Shown here one piece after another: positions 11,437 to 24,514 of a stretch of 64,000 bases of DNA (position 1 is the stretch's first letter; every line of letters starts with the position of its first letter). The DNA comes from Squalus acanthias (Eukaryota). Under the pieces are notes generated by a model, which did not search any database, was not told the DNA's origin, and saw nothing but the letters and a program-made list of their open reading frames with translations. The DNA is taken from contig CM059432.1 of NCBI GenBank assembly GCA_030390025.1, forward strand, positions 73,968,001 through 74,032,000. Reading direction: 5' to 3'. A program made the position numbers and the translations under genes.

Positions 11437-13330
11437 CGGGTAATATACTAGCATGGATTGAGGATTGGTTAACGGACAGAAAACAGAGAGTAGGAATAAA
11501 TGGGTCATTTTCGGGTTGGCAGGCTGTAACTAGTGGGGTACCGCAAGGATCAGTGGTTGGGTCTCAGCTATTCACAATCTATATCAATGATTTGGATGAG
11601 GGGACCAAATGTAATATATCCAAGTTTGCTGATGATACAAAGCTGGGTGGGAATGTAAGTTGTGAGGAGGATGCAAGGAGGCTTCAAGGGGATATAGACA
11701 GGCTAAGTGAGTGGGCAAGAACATGGCAAATGGAATATAATGTGGAGAAATGTAAAGTTATCCACTTTGGTAGGAAAAATAGAAAAGCAGAGTATTTTTT
11801 AAATGGTGAGAGATTGGGAAATGTTGGTGTTCAGAGGGACCTGGGTGTCCTTGTACATGAATCACTGAAAGTTAACATGCAGGTACAGCAAGCAATTAGA
11901 AAAGCAAATTGAATGTTGGCCTTTATTACAAGAGGATTTGAGTATAAGAGTAAAGATGTCTTACTGCAATTATATAGGGCCCTGGTGAGACCACACCTGG
12001 AGTATTGTGTACAGTTTTGGTCTCCTTACCTAAGGAAGGATATACTTGCCATAGAGGGAGTGCAATGAAGGTTCACCAGACTGGTTCCTGGGATGGGGGG
12101 GATTGTCCTATGAGGAGAGATTGAGTAGACTAGGCCGATATTCTCTAGAGTTTAGAAGAATGAGAGGTGATCTCATTGAAACATATAGGCCCGTATTTTC
12201 CGATCGAAGGCCTCCCGCGGGCGGAGGCCTGCGATCTGGAAAAATCTGCGCCCTTACCTGAGGGCTCCCGGGACGCACACGCTTCCGCTCGTGGGCCTCA
12301 CCAAACTTGAAGTGTGCAGGGCCCACGTATCCCAGAGGCGCATGTAGTTTGCAGCGTGCCTGGGATCATGTGGGCCACGGGGAGCCAATCACAGGAGGGA
12401 ATCTCCCTTCATACATTTGACAGGAAGACCTGTCAAATATATGAATGGAGATCAATGAAAAAACATAGTAAAACTTTAAATAATTTTTTTTTAAAATCAC
12501 ATTTTTAAAATGACTTGAAATTACAATAAATTAAGTATTTTAAACAAAAATTTTATTTTTTAAAAAACAAAATTAAAGTTTTTTACAGGGCTAAAAATAA
12601 ACTTACCTTTTTTTAAAGTATTTTTAAATGATAAATCAGTGAAAAATATTTTTTTTTAAACTTTTTTGAACTCTTATCCTGGTAAAAGCAGGCCTTATGC
12701 CTTCTTTTACCAGGCGTAAGAATTGTAAGGGTTTTCTGTGGGCGGAGCGTCTCCAAAAAGCGGAACTATCCGCCTGCAGAGGCCCTTCTCCAGGCAGCTG
12801 GAGGATCTGTCAAGAGGATTCTTGACAGATCGGAAATGCCTTTTTTCAGCGCATGCGCTGTGCATGCCTGAAACCGGCATTTCCGATGTCCCTACGGGTG
12901 GGTACACAGCGCGTACACACCCGTAGGGATCGGAATATCTGGGCCATAAAATTCTTACGGGGCTTGACAGGGTAGATGCAGGGAGGATGTTTCCCCTGGC
13001 TGGAGAGTCTATCTAGAACCAGGGGTCACAGTCTCAGAATAAGGGGTCGGCCATTTTGGACTGAGATGAGGAGAAATTTCTTCACTCAGAGGGTGGTGAA
13101 TCTTTGAAATTCTCTACCCCAGAGGGCTGTGGAGACTCAGTCATTGAGTATATTCAAGACAGAGATCGATAGATTTTTGAATATTAAGGGAATCAAGGGA
13201 TATGGGGATAGTGCAGGAAAGTGGAGATGAGGTAAAAGATCAGCCATGATCTTATTGACTGGCGGAGCAGACTCGAAGGGCCAAATGGCCTACTCCTGCT
13301 CCTATTTCTTATGTTCTTATGTTCTTACGG
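11437..13330 (+). mobile_element. 5'-truncated CR1 LINE (RT to 3' tail)
   Basis: GNILAWIEDWLTDRKQRVGING..GVPQGSV..ISKFADDTKLGG; tail TTCTTATGTTCTTATGTTCTTA. Confidence 0.93.
12188..12945. mobile_element. Harbinger-type MITE (family A)
   Basis: 18-bp TIRs GGCCCGTATTTTCCGATC / GATCGGAATATCTGGGCC (15/18); ATA TSD; AT-rich core; host CR1 resumes exactly. Confidence 0.9.
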
Positions 13331-13689
13331 TTTGCTCTGTCACCCCAGTGCCCATTCACATTGTACTAGGTTGAACTGTGCACCTCTCTGCACCTCTGTA
13401 TCAGAGAGCTGGCGCAGCACTGCAAAACCCTGGAAGAGCAGCTGTACCATGAAAAGATTTCAGAGACAATGGGAGATTTTAACTGGGAGCAGGTTGTCAG
13501 GTGGGCGGGATGGTAGTGTGAGTGTGAAACCCACCCGCCATCATCAGTTTGAAGTGGGGGGACGGGAATCAGGGCTTTTTCTTGTGTAGGAAGAGGGCAG
13601 AGCCCAGGGCAGCAGAGGCAAAAACTTTCCTTGTAGAGCCCGGCTCCCCTTGGGCCTACTAAGGAACTTGACTTAACTTTTCTTTTTTT

Positions 13690-15150
13690 ATTTGTTTATG
13701 TGATGTGGGCGTTGTTGGCAAGGCCAGCATTTATTGCCCATCCCTAATGGCCCTTGAGAAGGAGGTGGTGAGCTGCCTTCTTGAACCGCTGCAGTCCGTG
13801 TTGTGATGGTACTCCCACAGTGCTGTTAGGTTGGGAGTTCCAGGATTTTGACCCAGCGACGATGAAGGATCGGCGATATACTTCCAAGTCAGGATGGTGT
13901 GTGACTTGGAGGGGAACTTGGAGGTGGTGGTGTTCCCATGCGCCTACTGCCCTTGTCCTTCTAGACGGAAGAGGTCGCGGGTTTGGGAGGTGCTGCCGAA
14001 GAAGCCTTGGCGAGTTGCTGCAGTGCATCTTGTAGATGGGACACACTGCAGCCACGGTATGCTGGTGGTGGAGGGAATGAATATTTAAGGTGGTGGATGG
14101 GGTGCCAATCAAGCGGGTTGCTTTGTCCTGGATGGTGTCGACCTTCTTGAGTGTTGTTGGAGCTGCACTCATCCAAGCAAGTGGAGAGCATTCATCACAC
14201 TCCTTACTTGTGTCTTTGGGGAGTCAGGAGGTGAGACATTTGTTGCAGAATACCTAGCCTCTGACTTGCTCTTGTTGCCACAGTATTTATGTGGCTGGTC
14301 CAGTTAAGTTTCTGGTCAATGGTGACCCCCAGGATGTTGATGGTTGGGGATTCGGTGATGGTAATGCCGTTGAATGTCCAGGGGAGGTGGTTAGACTCTC
14401 GCTTGTTGGAGGTAGTCATTGCCTGGCACTTGTGTGGCATGAATGTTACCTGCCACTTATCAGCCCAAGCCAGAATGTCGTCCAGGTCTTGTTGCATGCG
14501 GGCATGGACTGCTTCATTATCTGAGGAGTTGTGAATGGCGCTTAACACTGTGTAGTCATCAGCGAACATCCCCATTTCTGACCTTATGTTGGAGGGAAGG
14601 TCATTGATGAAGCAGCTGAAGATGGTTGGGCCTAGGACATTGCCCTGAGGAACTCCTGCAGGGATGTCTTGGGGCTGTGATTGACTTTCAACCACCACAA
14701 CCATCTTCCTTTGTGCTAGGTATGACTCTAGCCAGTGGAGAGTTTTTCCCCCGATTCCCATTGACTTCAGTTTTACTAGGGCTCCTTGATGCCACACTCG
14801 GTCAAATGCTGCCTTGATGTAAAGGCAGTCACTCTCACCTCACCTCTGGAATTTTTGGACCAAGGCTGTAATGAGGTCGGGAGCCGAGTGGTCTTGGCGA
14901 ACCCAAACTGGGCATCAGTGAGCAGGTTTTTGGTGAGTAAGTGCCGCTTGATAGCACTGTCGATGACACCTTCCATCACATTGCTCATGATTGAGAGTAG
15001 ACTGATGGGGTGGTAATTGGCTGGATTGGATTTGTCCTGCTTTTTGTGGACAGGACATACCTGGGCAGTTTTCCACATTGTCGGATAGATGCCAGTGTTG
15101 TAGCTGTACTGGAACAGCTTGGCTAGAGGCACGGCTAGTTCTGGAGCTTG
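13690..15150 (-). mobile_element. LINE of a second CR1/L2-group family, 5'-truncated RT
   Basis: APELAVPLAKLFQYSY..ANYHPISLLS..GVPQGNVLGPTIFSCFINDLP..MFADD; tail GGGATGGGCAATAAATGCTGGCC shared with 39275 and 48362. Confidence 0.88.
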
Positions 15151-15743
15151 GAGGGCCTCCTCTTCTTCCTGACCAGGTTTTACTGAGTGAGGTGCTTGCA
15201 GCAGGTGAGCCAAGACTGGCAATGGTGCTTTACTATCTATTTGATGTCAGGTATGATCTGAGGCACGTCTGGGACTCTGAGGTGCATCCCTTCCTTTTGT
15301 CTCTTTGCATTGAAGCTTCATGCTCAAAACCCACCCAGATAAATTCAGTCCGCCAAACAGCCCATGATGGTGACTAATGAATTGAGTTCTGTGTTCCACT
15401 CTGTACCTTTGTGATTGGTGAGTTTCTGACATATCTGTGCTACCCACTGTCAGTGGAATGCTGTCTTTGAATAGCTTCGTGGCCAGTAAGGTACATGGGG
15501 AAGTAGAGGGAGATGGGGGGAAAAAGCTTATGTATGCAGATCATGGTCATGAGTAGTTACTGATTTATTTTGAGCTGTACAAGCATTAAAGCATCTGAAG
15601 GTTGTCGTACTTCATTCTCTTTGATATAAAATACACTAGTAAATTAAGTCATCAGATAAATGCACGTGTATAAAACTGAAGGTGGCATTCAACGATATGA
15701 GCGTATTGTTCGGAAATGAATGTGTTATTCCAAATAGGATTTA

Positions 15744-16395
15744 CGATGTGGTCTCCTCTACATTGGGGAGACCAAACGCAGATTGGGTGACCGCTTTGTG
15801 GAACACCTCCGTTCAGTCCGTAAGGGTGACCCCGAACTTCCGGTCGCTTGTCATTTTAATTCACCCCTCCACGCCCACTCAGACCTCACCGTCCTCGGCC
15901 TCGTGCATTGTTCCACGGAAGCTCAGTGTAAGCTCGAGGAACAGCACCTCATCTTTCGTTTAGGCACTTTACAGCCTTCCGGACTCAATATCGAGTTCAA
16001 CAATTTCAGATCATAACCTCGGCCCCTACCACATATATATACATTTTATCCACCCTTTTGGTCCCTGCCTTTTTCCTTTTTTTTCTCTCTCTCCCCCTAC
16101 CGCAGCTGTCTCTCATTCTGCCAGCATTTCACACCTCACCTTTTGTTTCTTAACCTGTCCCATTACCATCTCGTCTTGCCTTGAGCATCTCTTAATGTCT
16201 CTACTTACCATAGACCACCCCTTTTGTTCTTTTATTCCTCCCCCCAGCCTCCCCCTTGCATTTTTATGTTTAATTTCCTGCTCTTTTCTCAGTTCCGACG
16301 AAGGGTTTCGACCTGAAACGTTAACTCTGTTTCTCTCTCCACGGATGTTGCCTGGCCTGCTGAGTTTTTCCAGCGTTTTCTGTTGTTATTTAGGA
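15744..16395 (+). mobile_element. Penelope-like element fragment: GIY-YIG endonuclease C-terminus plus tail with hammerhead motif
   Basis: Uninterrupted frame 15744-16016 RCGLLYIGETKRRLGDRFVEHLRSVRKGDPELPVACHFNSPLH..LEEQHLIFRLGTLQPSGLNIEFNNFRS*, then a pyrimidine-rich UTR. Confidence 0.88.
16291..16326 (+). ncRNA. Minimal type I hammerhead-ribozyme-like motif (core variant CCGACGA)
   Basis: AGTT-CCGACGA-A-GGGT-TTCG-ACCT-GAAA-CGTT-AACT; U4>C relative to the canonical CUGANGA. Confidence 0.55.
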
Positions 16396-16499
16396 TTTGG
16401 AAGGTCTCATGTGTCCCTGTGTCTGCACCGTTGGTGCCCGTGTATATCTGAGTATCTGTCTCTACGTGTTTGAGTTTCTATCTCTTGCGTTCACCTTCC

Positions 16500-17320
16500 C
16501 CAGTGCCGACGTGTGCGTGCACTGACTGGGAGGACGGCGAGGCGGTAGTTCGGGGCGGTGCCGCAGGTGGCGCTGTGAGTGGCCGACTGCGAGCCCGGCA
16601 CTTCCGCTGCTGACGTCGACAGGAGCTGTTATTGTTGAGGCGGCGGCGGCTCGAGTGCGCAGTCACCGCGGACACAGCATGGCGTACGCTTACCTCTTCA
16701 AGTACATCATCATCGGCGACACAGGTGAGCGCTGAGCCCAGCCCCGGGCCCGTACAGCCTCTCGGCCCCGTGGGGATTGTCACTGCAGTGGGTGAGAGGA
16801 TGGGGACTCCCGCCAGCACCAGGCCTCTGCCTACGCCTCCCATCCCAGCCGGCTGCCAGCTCACCTGCCCGCCGCCGCTTTTAACCAGCGTCAAGTGCGG
16901 GGAAGTGGCCTCAAAGGACGCTAGAGGCCGGGGCAGAGGCGAACCATCTATCTCTGGTTCCGCGCCTGCTCCCGCTCCCCGGTGCCGAGACCACAAGTCT
17001 GGAGCCTGCGAGTGAGAGCTGGGCCCAGGGACCTGAGCACTGGGCGAGGGAGAGAAGGATTGCGGCCCGGGTCCCGTCGGCCGTGACTGCGGGTTAAACC
17101 TGCACCGAGACGTTTTGGGAGAAAGAAAAAGACAAACTTCCCCCAGGCCTTGATCTGCGGCCTCGGCCGTAAGTTGAATGTTGCTCCAATCTGGCTGCTG
17201 GCCCGGACCGCTCTGTTTCGTCTTTGCTTCGGTGTACGAGGCTTGGCCAAGCTGTACCGTGTTGTCCCCAGGATGGTGACACCGGTGCGTTTCGGGGGAG
17301 TGACTGAATCTGGTGCCATG
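16500..17320 (+). promoter_or_regulatory. CpG-island promoter / first exon region of RAB2A
   Basis: Strong local GC and CpG enrichment around exon 1. GC box GGGGCGG (~16552), CTCF-like CCGCAGGTGGCGC (16561), ETS CACTTCCG (16599) and CRE-like TGACGTCG (16611); no TATA box. Confidence 0.85.
16679..16724 (+). CDS. RAB2A: Ras-related protein Rab-2A, coding exon 1
   Basis: MAYAYLFKYIIIGDT(G); Kozak AGCATGG; donor GTGAGC at 16725. Confidence 0.98.
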
Positions 17321-18329
17321 AAAACCGGAGAGGGTTTAATTTTCCATTCGTATAAATGTAACCACAGTCAGATCCACTTGTGCTTCTGGAGTGAGTTTGA
17401 GAGTTCGAGGAGAGATTGATGCAATTTTTTTTAATGTTGATTTATGCATAAACATTTCTGTCAGCGCACTCAATGAGTGATCCTTTTCCTGCATCTGGAG
17501 AACAGGCTTTTGTGGGTACGGTTTGGTGGATTGTGGGATGGCGATGGGAGGAAGAAAAGATTTAAAACTAAACAAGCAATCTGACCGATTGGAAGAGTTT
17601 GTGAAACGGCAAGTTTCCTCCGCCCCCCATAAAACGCCGGTTGCAGGTGACCAGCTGCGCGCACTGTAGTCGACTGTTCAGGTATTTTAAGTCAGAGGCC
17701 CGGGTGCATCAACTTTTGTAAACATCGGTGACTTGATTTCAAATGTACACCACAGTTGCCGCCTTACAAGAAACATTTGGCAGGAGTAAAACTGGTCGCA
17801 AACCATTTAAACATGAGAACTATATTTTTCAGTGTGTAAAAAAAAAAAGGTTCATTTTTTCTAAAGAAGCAAATTAGTGATTCAGTTCTAGTGAGTGATA
17901 CATGATATGTTTTTTATTTTACCACTTCAAAAAAATCAGTCCTTATTGTGCTCCTTAAACTTGTATCTTATGGTGACATCTATAGTTGTACTTGTGATTA
18001 TGTGCAATAGACTTCAAAGTTCAATGGCCCTCTTAAAATGCAATATAACCTGATGTGAGTAGTGTCTGACACCTTCTAATACATTGTTTGCACTATTGAA
18101 TTTGTATTGTTGTCCTGCTGTGAAGTGGTGAGCAGTCCAATACAGTATAGTTTTGCTGCTGTTCATGTAAGCAATTAATCAAATGTGTAAATGCTGCCAA
18201 TAGGTATCTTTATTTTTGAACTGTGTATGAATGGTTACAGAGTACAAGGCAAAAAATAACAAATTGAAGAAAACTGAATTATCACATTGTGTGATGGAGT
18301 AACAATATTGTAAGGATTAAACAAGTAAA

Positions 18330-18740
18330 AGTTCACCAGAACGATACTGGACTTGTATTCCATTCACTATAGAAGATTAAGGGGGGGATCTAATTGAGGT
18401 GTTTAAGATGATTAAAGGATTTGATAGGTAGATAGAGAAACTATTTCCTCTAGTGGGAGAGTCCAGAACAAGGGGGCATAACCAATGTTCCCTTTAAGCA
18501 GTGCAGCGCTATAGGGGTCCCGTGCAGCCAGCTTATAAATAGAAAAACCATGCATGCACTGTATTTTGAGTGGGCTGCGCAGCCTGTTAAAGGGGCTGCA
18601 TGGCCCCCAAAAAATTACAGGGAACATTTGTCACGCCATTCAGGGGGTGATGTCATTAACCACTACTTCACACAAAGCGTAGTGGAAATCTAGTAACCAC
18701 CCCCCTCAAAGCTGCTGAGGCTAGGTCGAGTGAAAAAGGA
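18330..18740 (+). mobile_element. CR1 3' fragment
   Basis: RRLRGDLIEVFKMIKGFDRVDREKLFPLVGESRTRGH motif. Confidence 0.8.
18483..18630. mobile_element. hAT-type MITE, copy 3
   Basis: TIRs CAATGTTCCCTTTAA / TTACAGGGAACATT; internal similarity to 5179-5339; TSD not recognisable. Confidence 0.8.
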
Positions 18741-19961
18741 GGACCAGAAGCCAATTCAGGCCTCATTGGCAAGAAAATTTGGGAGTGGCACACCAAATCA
18801 TAGAGTTTCAATTAGGAGGGCTGTTAGGCATGTTTATTGGGGCTGTGAAGGATCAGTCCAACAAAAGTCGACATGTCTGTGGGGAGAATAAAATTGAGGA
18901 AATTAGGCATGAACTTTGGGGAAGGAACAGGTGTAGCCAAGGCAATGCTTAAGGGAGGTTCCCCCCCTCCCCCTTTCCTGGTACATTCATATGGAAGGGT
19001 GCTGGAAATACAGACCATTAAGCATTTTATTTCTAATTACTTTGATGGAGTAGTTAAAGCAGTTTTAGTTATCTAATCTAAGTGACTTTTTAGGGAAGAT
19101 GAAACTAAAAAAATTTTTTGACTTGAAGGTGATTTTATCAGTTCCAAGACATCAATTGAGTATTGCAGTCTACACTATTCCAACCTACCAGTTATGCTCT
19201 ACAGACATTTTAATTTTGTCAGCAGTGGTGAATGTGTAATGTTTGATTTATGCCTATGTGCTTATAATCTTCAGACTGGCTTGATCCATATGATTGACCA
19301 TCACATTTTCAAAAGTTATTTTGGTATTACTGTAACTACTTTTGATAGTCTATTCTACCAAAATGTCCCAGTTATGCTGTTAGAGCTCTGGAATTTGAGC
19401 TCCATGTAAAAGCATAAAAGTATAATCCTGGACATTTCCAGCAAACTGATATGAACAGAGCCTACCTTGCATGTTGGGATCAACTAGCATGGCCAGAAAC
19501 TGGCCACTATTTAACTGTGTGGCAGTTTTCCTGTTAGTTTAATCCACCTAGCTAAATGTGCAATTAAAAATTATGGTTTTCAGGAAAAACAAAATGATTG
19601 CAGTCATTGGTACAAATAAAAACCTGTGTTGATGTTGCATAAGCAAATGAGCCAAATTGTTGGACAGCAGTATCGCTGGTAAACTATGCATTTGCAGAAA
19701 CATAAATTTGAATAAGCAACCTGCTCCTGGATGAGCATTGTAATTGCTGAAAATCTAACTCATTTGGTGATTCACAGCAAGATATATTCTCAAGAAAGGA
19801 ATAATTGAACTGACTATGTTTGCCCACTGTTGAATAAGTGCTGGTGCAACACAAAGGCAGTTTCTAAAATTATTTCAGATTGTTCTATAAATTCAAAAAA
19901 AAGTTCTTTGCTTTAGAAGTAGCTTTAAGAATTTGATTATCTTTGCTGTTTTTTCTCTGGT

Positions 19962-20410
19962 GTCAGTCTTGGCTCAGGGGTAGCAATCTTGCCTCCGATT
20001 CAGAAGATCATGGGTTCAATCCCATTCCAGAGACTTGAGCTCATAATCCAGGCTGACACTTCAGTACCGTACTGAGGGAGTGCTGTGCTATTGGAGTTGC
20101 CGTCTTTCCGATGAAACGGTAAACCAAGGTCCTGTCTGCCCCCTCCAGTAGATGTAAATGATCCCATGGCACTATTTTGAAGAAGAGCAGGGGAGTTCTC
20201 TATTGTCCTGGCAAATATTTTTCCCTCAACCAGCATCACTAAAACAGATCATCTGGTCATTATCTCAGTGCTGTTTGTGGGAGCTTCCTCTGCAAATTGG
20301 TTGCTGCATTTCCCAGCATTACAGCAGCAACAACATTTCTGATGTATTCCATTGGCTGTACAATGCTTTGGGACATCCAGAAGTTGTGAAAGGTGCTATA
20401 TAAATGCAAC
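19962..20410 (+). mobile_element. tRNA-head Deu-domain SINE (SacSINE1-like), near full length
   Basis: A box TGGCTCAGGGGTAG and B box GGGTTCAATCCC; Deu-type body; tail AAAGGTGCTATATAAATGCAA. Confidence 0.8.
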
Positions 20411-20732
20411 ATTTGGTTTAACAAGGAAATTGTTCTAAAAGATGCAGATATTTTGCCTTGTATGTATAACAAGCAGTGTCTGACTCTGGGCAAGTAATGT
20501 CGTGTGAAGCTTTACTGCTTTGCATTGTCTGCCTTCTATTAGATTGGTCTTGTGACATTCTGGTGCAATTTGCAAGCCAGTCTTGTTAAAATTAGGTATT
20601 GTATCAGTGCTGCCGTGACTGGAGATGTACAGAGTACAGCAATTCAATATTGGGTGGTATGCAATTGTCCTGGACAGCCTCCTTTACATTAGGTAAAGAT
20701 AGAAATCTTCAAATATTAGTTTTGATAGAATT

Positions 20733-21115
20733 GTCAGCCATGGCTCAGTCAAAAGGTTGAGAGTTCAAGCCCTACTCGAGATTTGAGCAATAATCCGGAC
20801 TGGCACTTAGTGCACTATTGGAGGTACAATTAGATGTTAAACAGAGTCTGCCCTCGGGTGGATGTAAAATATCCAATGGTACTATTCGAAGAGTTCTCCT
20901 GGTTTCTCGTCCAACACTTATCCTTCCACGAACGAACATCACTAAAACGGATTATCTGGTCATTTATTTCATTGCTGTTGGTGGGACCTTGTGTGCAAAT
21001 TGCATGCTGTTTCCCTGCATTACAACAGCGAATACACTTCAAGTACTTAATTGACTGTAAAGCACTTTAGTACGTCCTGAGGTGGTGAAATATGTTAATG
21101 CAAGTTTGTTCTTCT
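20733..21115 (+). mobile_element. Deu-domain SINE copy
   Basis: GTCAGCCATGGCTCAG head, GAGTTCAAGCCC B box, same body and tail as 19962. Confidence 0.78.
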
Positions 21116-24100
21116 GTAGAATTTATCACTTCTATGAAAAAGATTGTGAAAAATGCAATGCTCAGCCATCAATACATTGTTTTGTACAAACTGTAAAATG
21201 CAAAGATGGCAGGAGGATGAATGGCAACTCTGATCCAGTGTTTGTAAGTTTTAAAACTGTGTTCGGCAGAACTTGAATTCCAGTCATTCACTGAAAATAA
21301 GTAATAATCCCATTTGAGACTTGGACTATAATGTTATTGTGACCATGAGCACTATTGCCAACACATGGACTGGTTGTAACTGGTGTTACTTTGCTGGAAG
21401 TGTGCTGTAAATGTGGTTTCTGAAGCACTGCTGGCAAGGTAATGCTAGCGGAGCGGGAGCAGCTCCTATGAATTTCCTGGCCATGATTTTGGAACATTAT
21501 CTTTTTTGGAGTATTGATTATAGAATTAAAGTTTGCCAGGTTTAATGTCACTTCTATATTGGTGCTCGTCTACCAGGAGCGGCACTCGTGGAGACCTATG
21601 ACCTCAGCGTCACTTTTTACTGCAACTGCTGGTACACTGTTGGAGGGGCCTGTGTTTTCTGCTCCGCTGGCTGCTATTGGGAGCCATGAAAGGTTGGGCC
21701 CCAATTTTGTCATTTTCTAGCGTGCCATCATAGTGGAAACACATTTTGGGGGCAGAGTGCATAACCTTTTATCAGCTGATTCAGTAGGTTGGGAGCAGCC
21801 CATGCTTGAGCAGATTTTAGGGACTATAACGAGTGTGTTTGATAGACCAAGTCAACTTTTGATTCCGTTAGTTTTTCTAATTACTGAATTTCTTAAAGGA
21901 GTCATGTTGCATAACTAAAATCACTTTCTTCTGGCAGGATTTAAGGCATTGTTTATTTTCAGGCTAGATTTTTAAAGAGTCTGCATCAAATTTTTTGGCT
22001 ATTCTATCATGTGATTAATATGACGTTGCAGCTTCTGGGAAATATGGTAACATTCCAGTGATATTTCTAGTTTAAAAAATTATTTGAACAAGTTCAAAAA
22101 TAGCTCGTTAAAGAAAAACAATATGCTGAGCTATTACTGACCATTCCTGGCTTGGGCAGCTCTTTATTGGTACCTATGGCTGCCCATATATATTGATCTA
22201 CAAGTTTCTGTGTGGAATGGTGATGCCTACTGCTGATTGCCTAGCAGGGGAAGAGCACAAAATCTAGATACCCATGGACTAAAATTGAATAACTTAACGT
22301 TATCTCAAGCAAGTGGGAGATTTCACCTTTATTTTACTGTTGCATAGTTATGGAGGGGGGGGGGAACGAGACAAGGGAGAAATGCTTTCAATATGAAGTC
22401 AACCCACATGTTATTTCATCACTGTGGCGCAATTACATTTTCAGGAATAATTCATGTTTTGTAGTGCCTGAGGCTGAAATTTACAAGTAGAATGTGAAGC
22501 TAACATTAGTGACTTGTTTCTGTCACAGCCTATTTTGGAGGGCTAGAGCTGGGAAGGGGGAGGACTAGAGCTGGGTAGGGAAGAGCATCGATGGTGAGTT
22601 TGTTCTGATATGTGCACCCTTACACCCTATTGCTACTTAACTAATTTGTGGCAACCATTCTTATTCTGTTGCCTGATTGCTAACTAAACAACCCTCAAAG
22701 GTCCAGAAAGTAAGCCTTAGTTTCTAATTAATTGTAACCGTTACATAAAAATCTGATAGGATATGAGCTATTTATAAGTAAAGTTTCGTATGTGCAATCC
22801 TCATTGTTTGTATATCCCTTGTTGTAAGTTTTTTTTATTTAGCACATCTGAATCTAAATGTGACTCTAATTTTTGTGTCAAACTAAGATTCAGAACTGGT
22901 GGGAGTGCTGTCCTTATAAATATAGTATCGGAGCTCTATAAGCAGTTCTAATTCTTTGATTCTGAATTGTTTGCAGTGTTACTGCTGTACAAAAAAATGC
23001 AATTTAATAAGCTTTAATGTGTGAATCTGTTGCAGGAGTGTCATTCTTAATTCATGTCAAATTGTTCCACTACCAACAATAGCCATGTAGCCATCAGATT
23101 TTACCCTGGCATTCAAAATGTTGTCACCACTCAATCCTACATTTGAAAGAACAAAATACTTTCACTGCTGGATGTTCACAGTTGAAGTGTGCATAGCATG
23201 AAAATTGCTCATGCCCACCATTACACTTTGCTGCAATCCTACTTTCAACACTGAATCAGTGTATCCTGATGTACATTAGCATCTTTTCATTGGTTTGAGT
23301 AGTTCTTGCCCACCCAAACAATACTGCAATGCCATGGGGAAAATGGATTTTTCATAAAAGGATGTAATTATTGCATTCAACTTAATTAATTGACTATGAC
23401 AACTGTGGTGAAAGTTGCAGAGACGTCCAGAAAGCGTTCATCACGAGTGCGTTAATGTTACCATGAAATTGAACAGTTTGGCTCTAAATTTAAAACTATT
23501 GTTTACCAATTTTTTAAATAGATAGTAAGCAGGAGTTTCGTACAATAGTTAATAATCTGGATGTAGTAGAAGCACGATTTTTAATTTATACGTTCTGTTG
23601 GAGGTATTTGAAATGGCAACTGATTTAAAGGTGACATATTCCTAATTAGTGTGCTATGTGGATTACAATCTATAATTTTATACTTTAAAAAATAATCAGA
23701 AGGGTATGCTTGACACCTGTAGGATGCTCTTTGTGGGCAGGCTGCACAAACTGCAAGCTGTGTTCTAATCTATGCAGCATGACACTGTTTCGTATGCTGC
23801 TCAAGAAGCCGTGATGTACAATTGACTCACCATTGATTGCATCACTGCAGCTGACTGAAGGGGATTGGAACAGCTGGTGCAGAGATATGGTGGCATTTTT
23901 AAAATCTACTCGTATAAAAGCTTAAAGGTATTTCAGTATTACCAGCACTTCTGTTGTATTATTTTGTTTCTTTGAGATGTAGCGGTGTTAAATCAGATTT
24001 GGAAATTTATAGAACACCACACCACATTTGTTACGCTTGATTGTAGCCAAATACATTGATCCTTTCCTTCTATTAATTTCACATTGCTTAACAGGTGGAG

Positions 24101-24514
24101 CCCTTCATGTTTGCTGCAGGTGTAATTAAATAAATACAAGTTCATTTTATTTTTCCTTGTCCTGTCCTGCAGCATTCCGAACAAATTTATGAAGTTTGAG
24201 TCTTCAACGATATAAAGAATTTTTAATGTTTGTTGCCAATGACACCATAGTATGAGGTTTCTGATGGTAAAATGGTTGGAGTTTCTTCTGTCATAAAAGG
24301 AATTTGAAAAATGTTTAAATTTGCTTTAAACATTCAATGTATTATCACTTGTCTCCTGCTTTTCTAACATTTTCTCATGGAGGTCATCTAGCTATATTGA
24401 ATGTAATTTCTTATCGCAAGCTATTTCACAATAGGTGTCTCGGTCTAATCAGACACTCTACTGAAACATACTCATTCATGCATCCCTTTTGCAAAGCAGG
24501 CGTGTGTCTATTTT

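Noticed and set aside
13330..13680. Possible exon or MITE fragment between two LINEs
   Set aside because: No recognisable protein motif, splice pair or matching second TIR.
16478..17419. Several 60-170 aa ORFs around exon 1
   Set aside because: These are stop-poor frames expected in a CpG island, with low-complexity translations. The real coding part is the 46-nt RAB2A exon.
19962..20030. tRNA gene
   Set aside because: Only A/B-box remnants without a cloverleaf, continuing into a SINE body seen in several copies.
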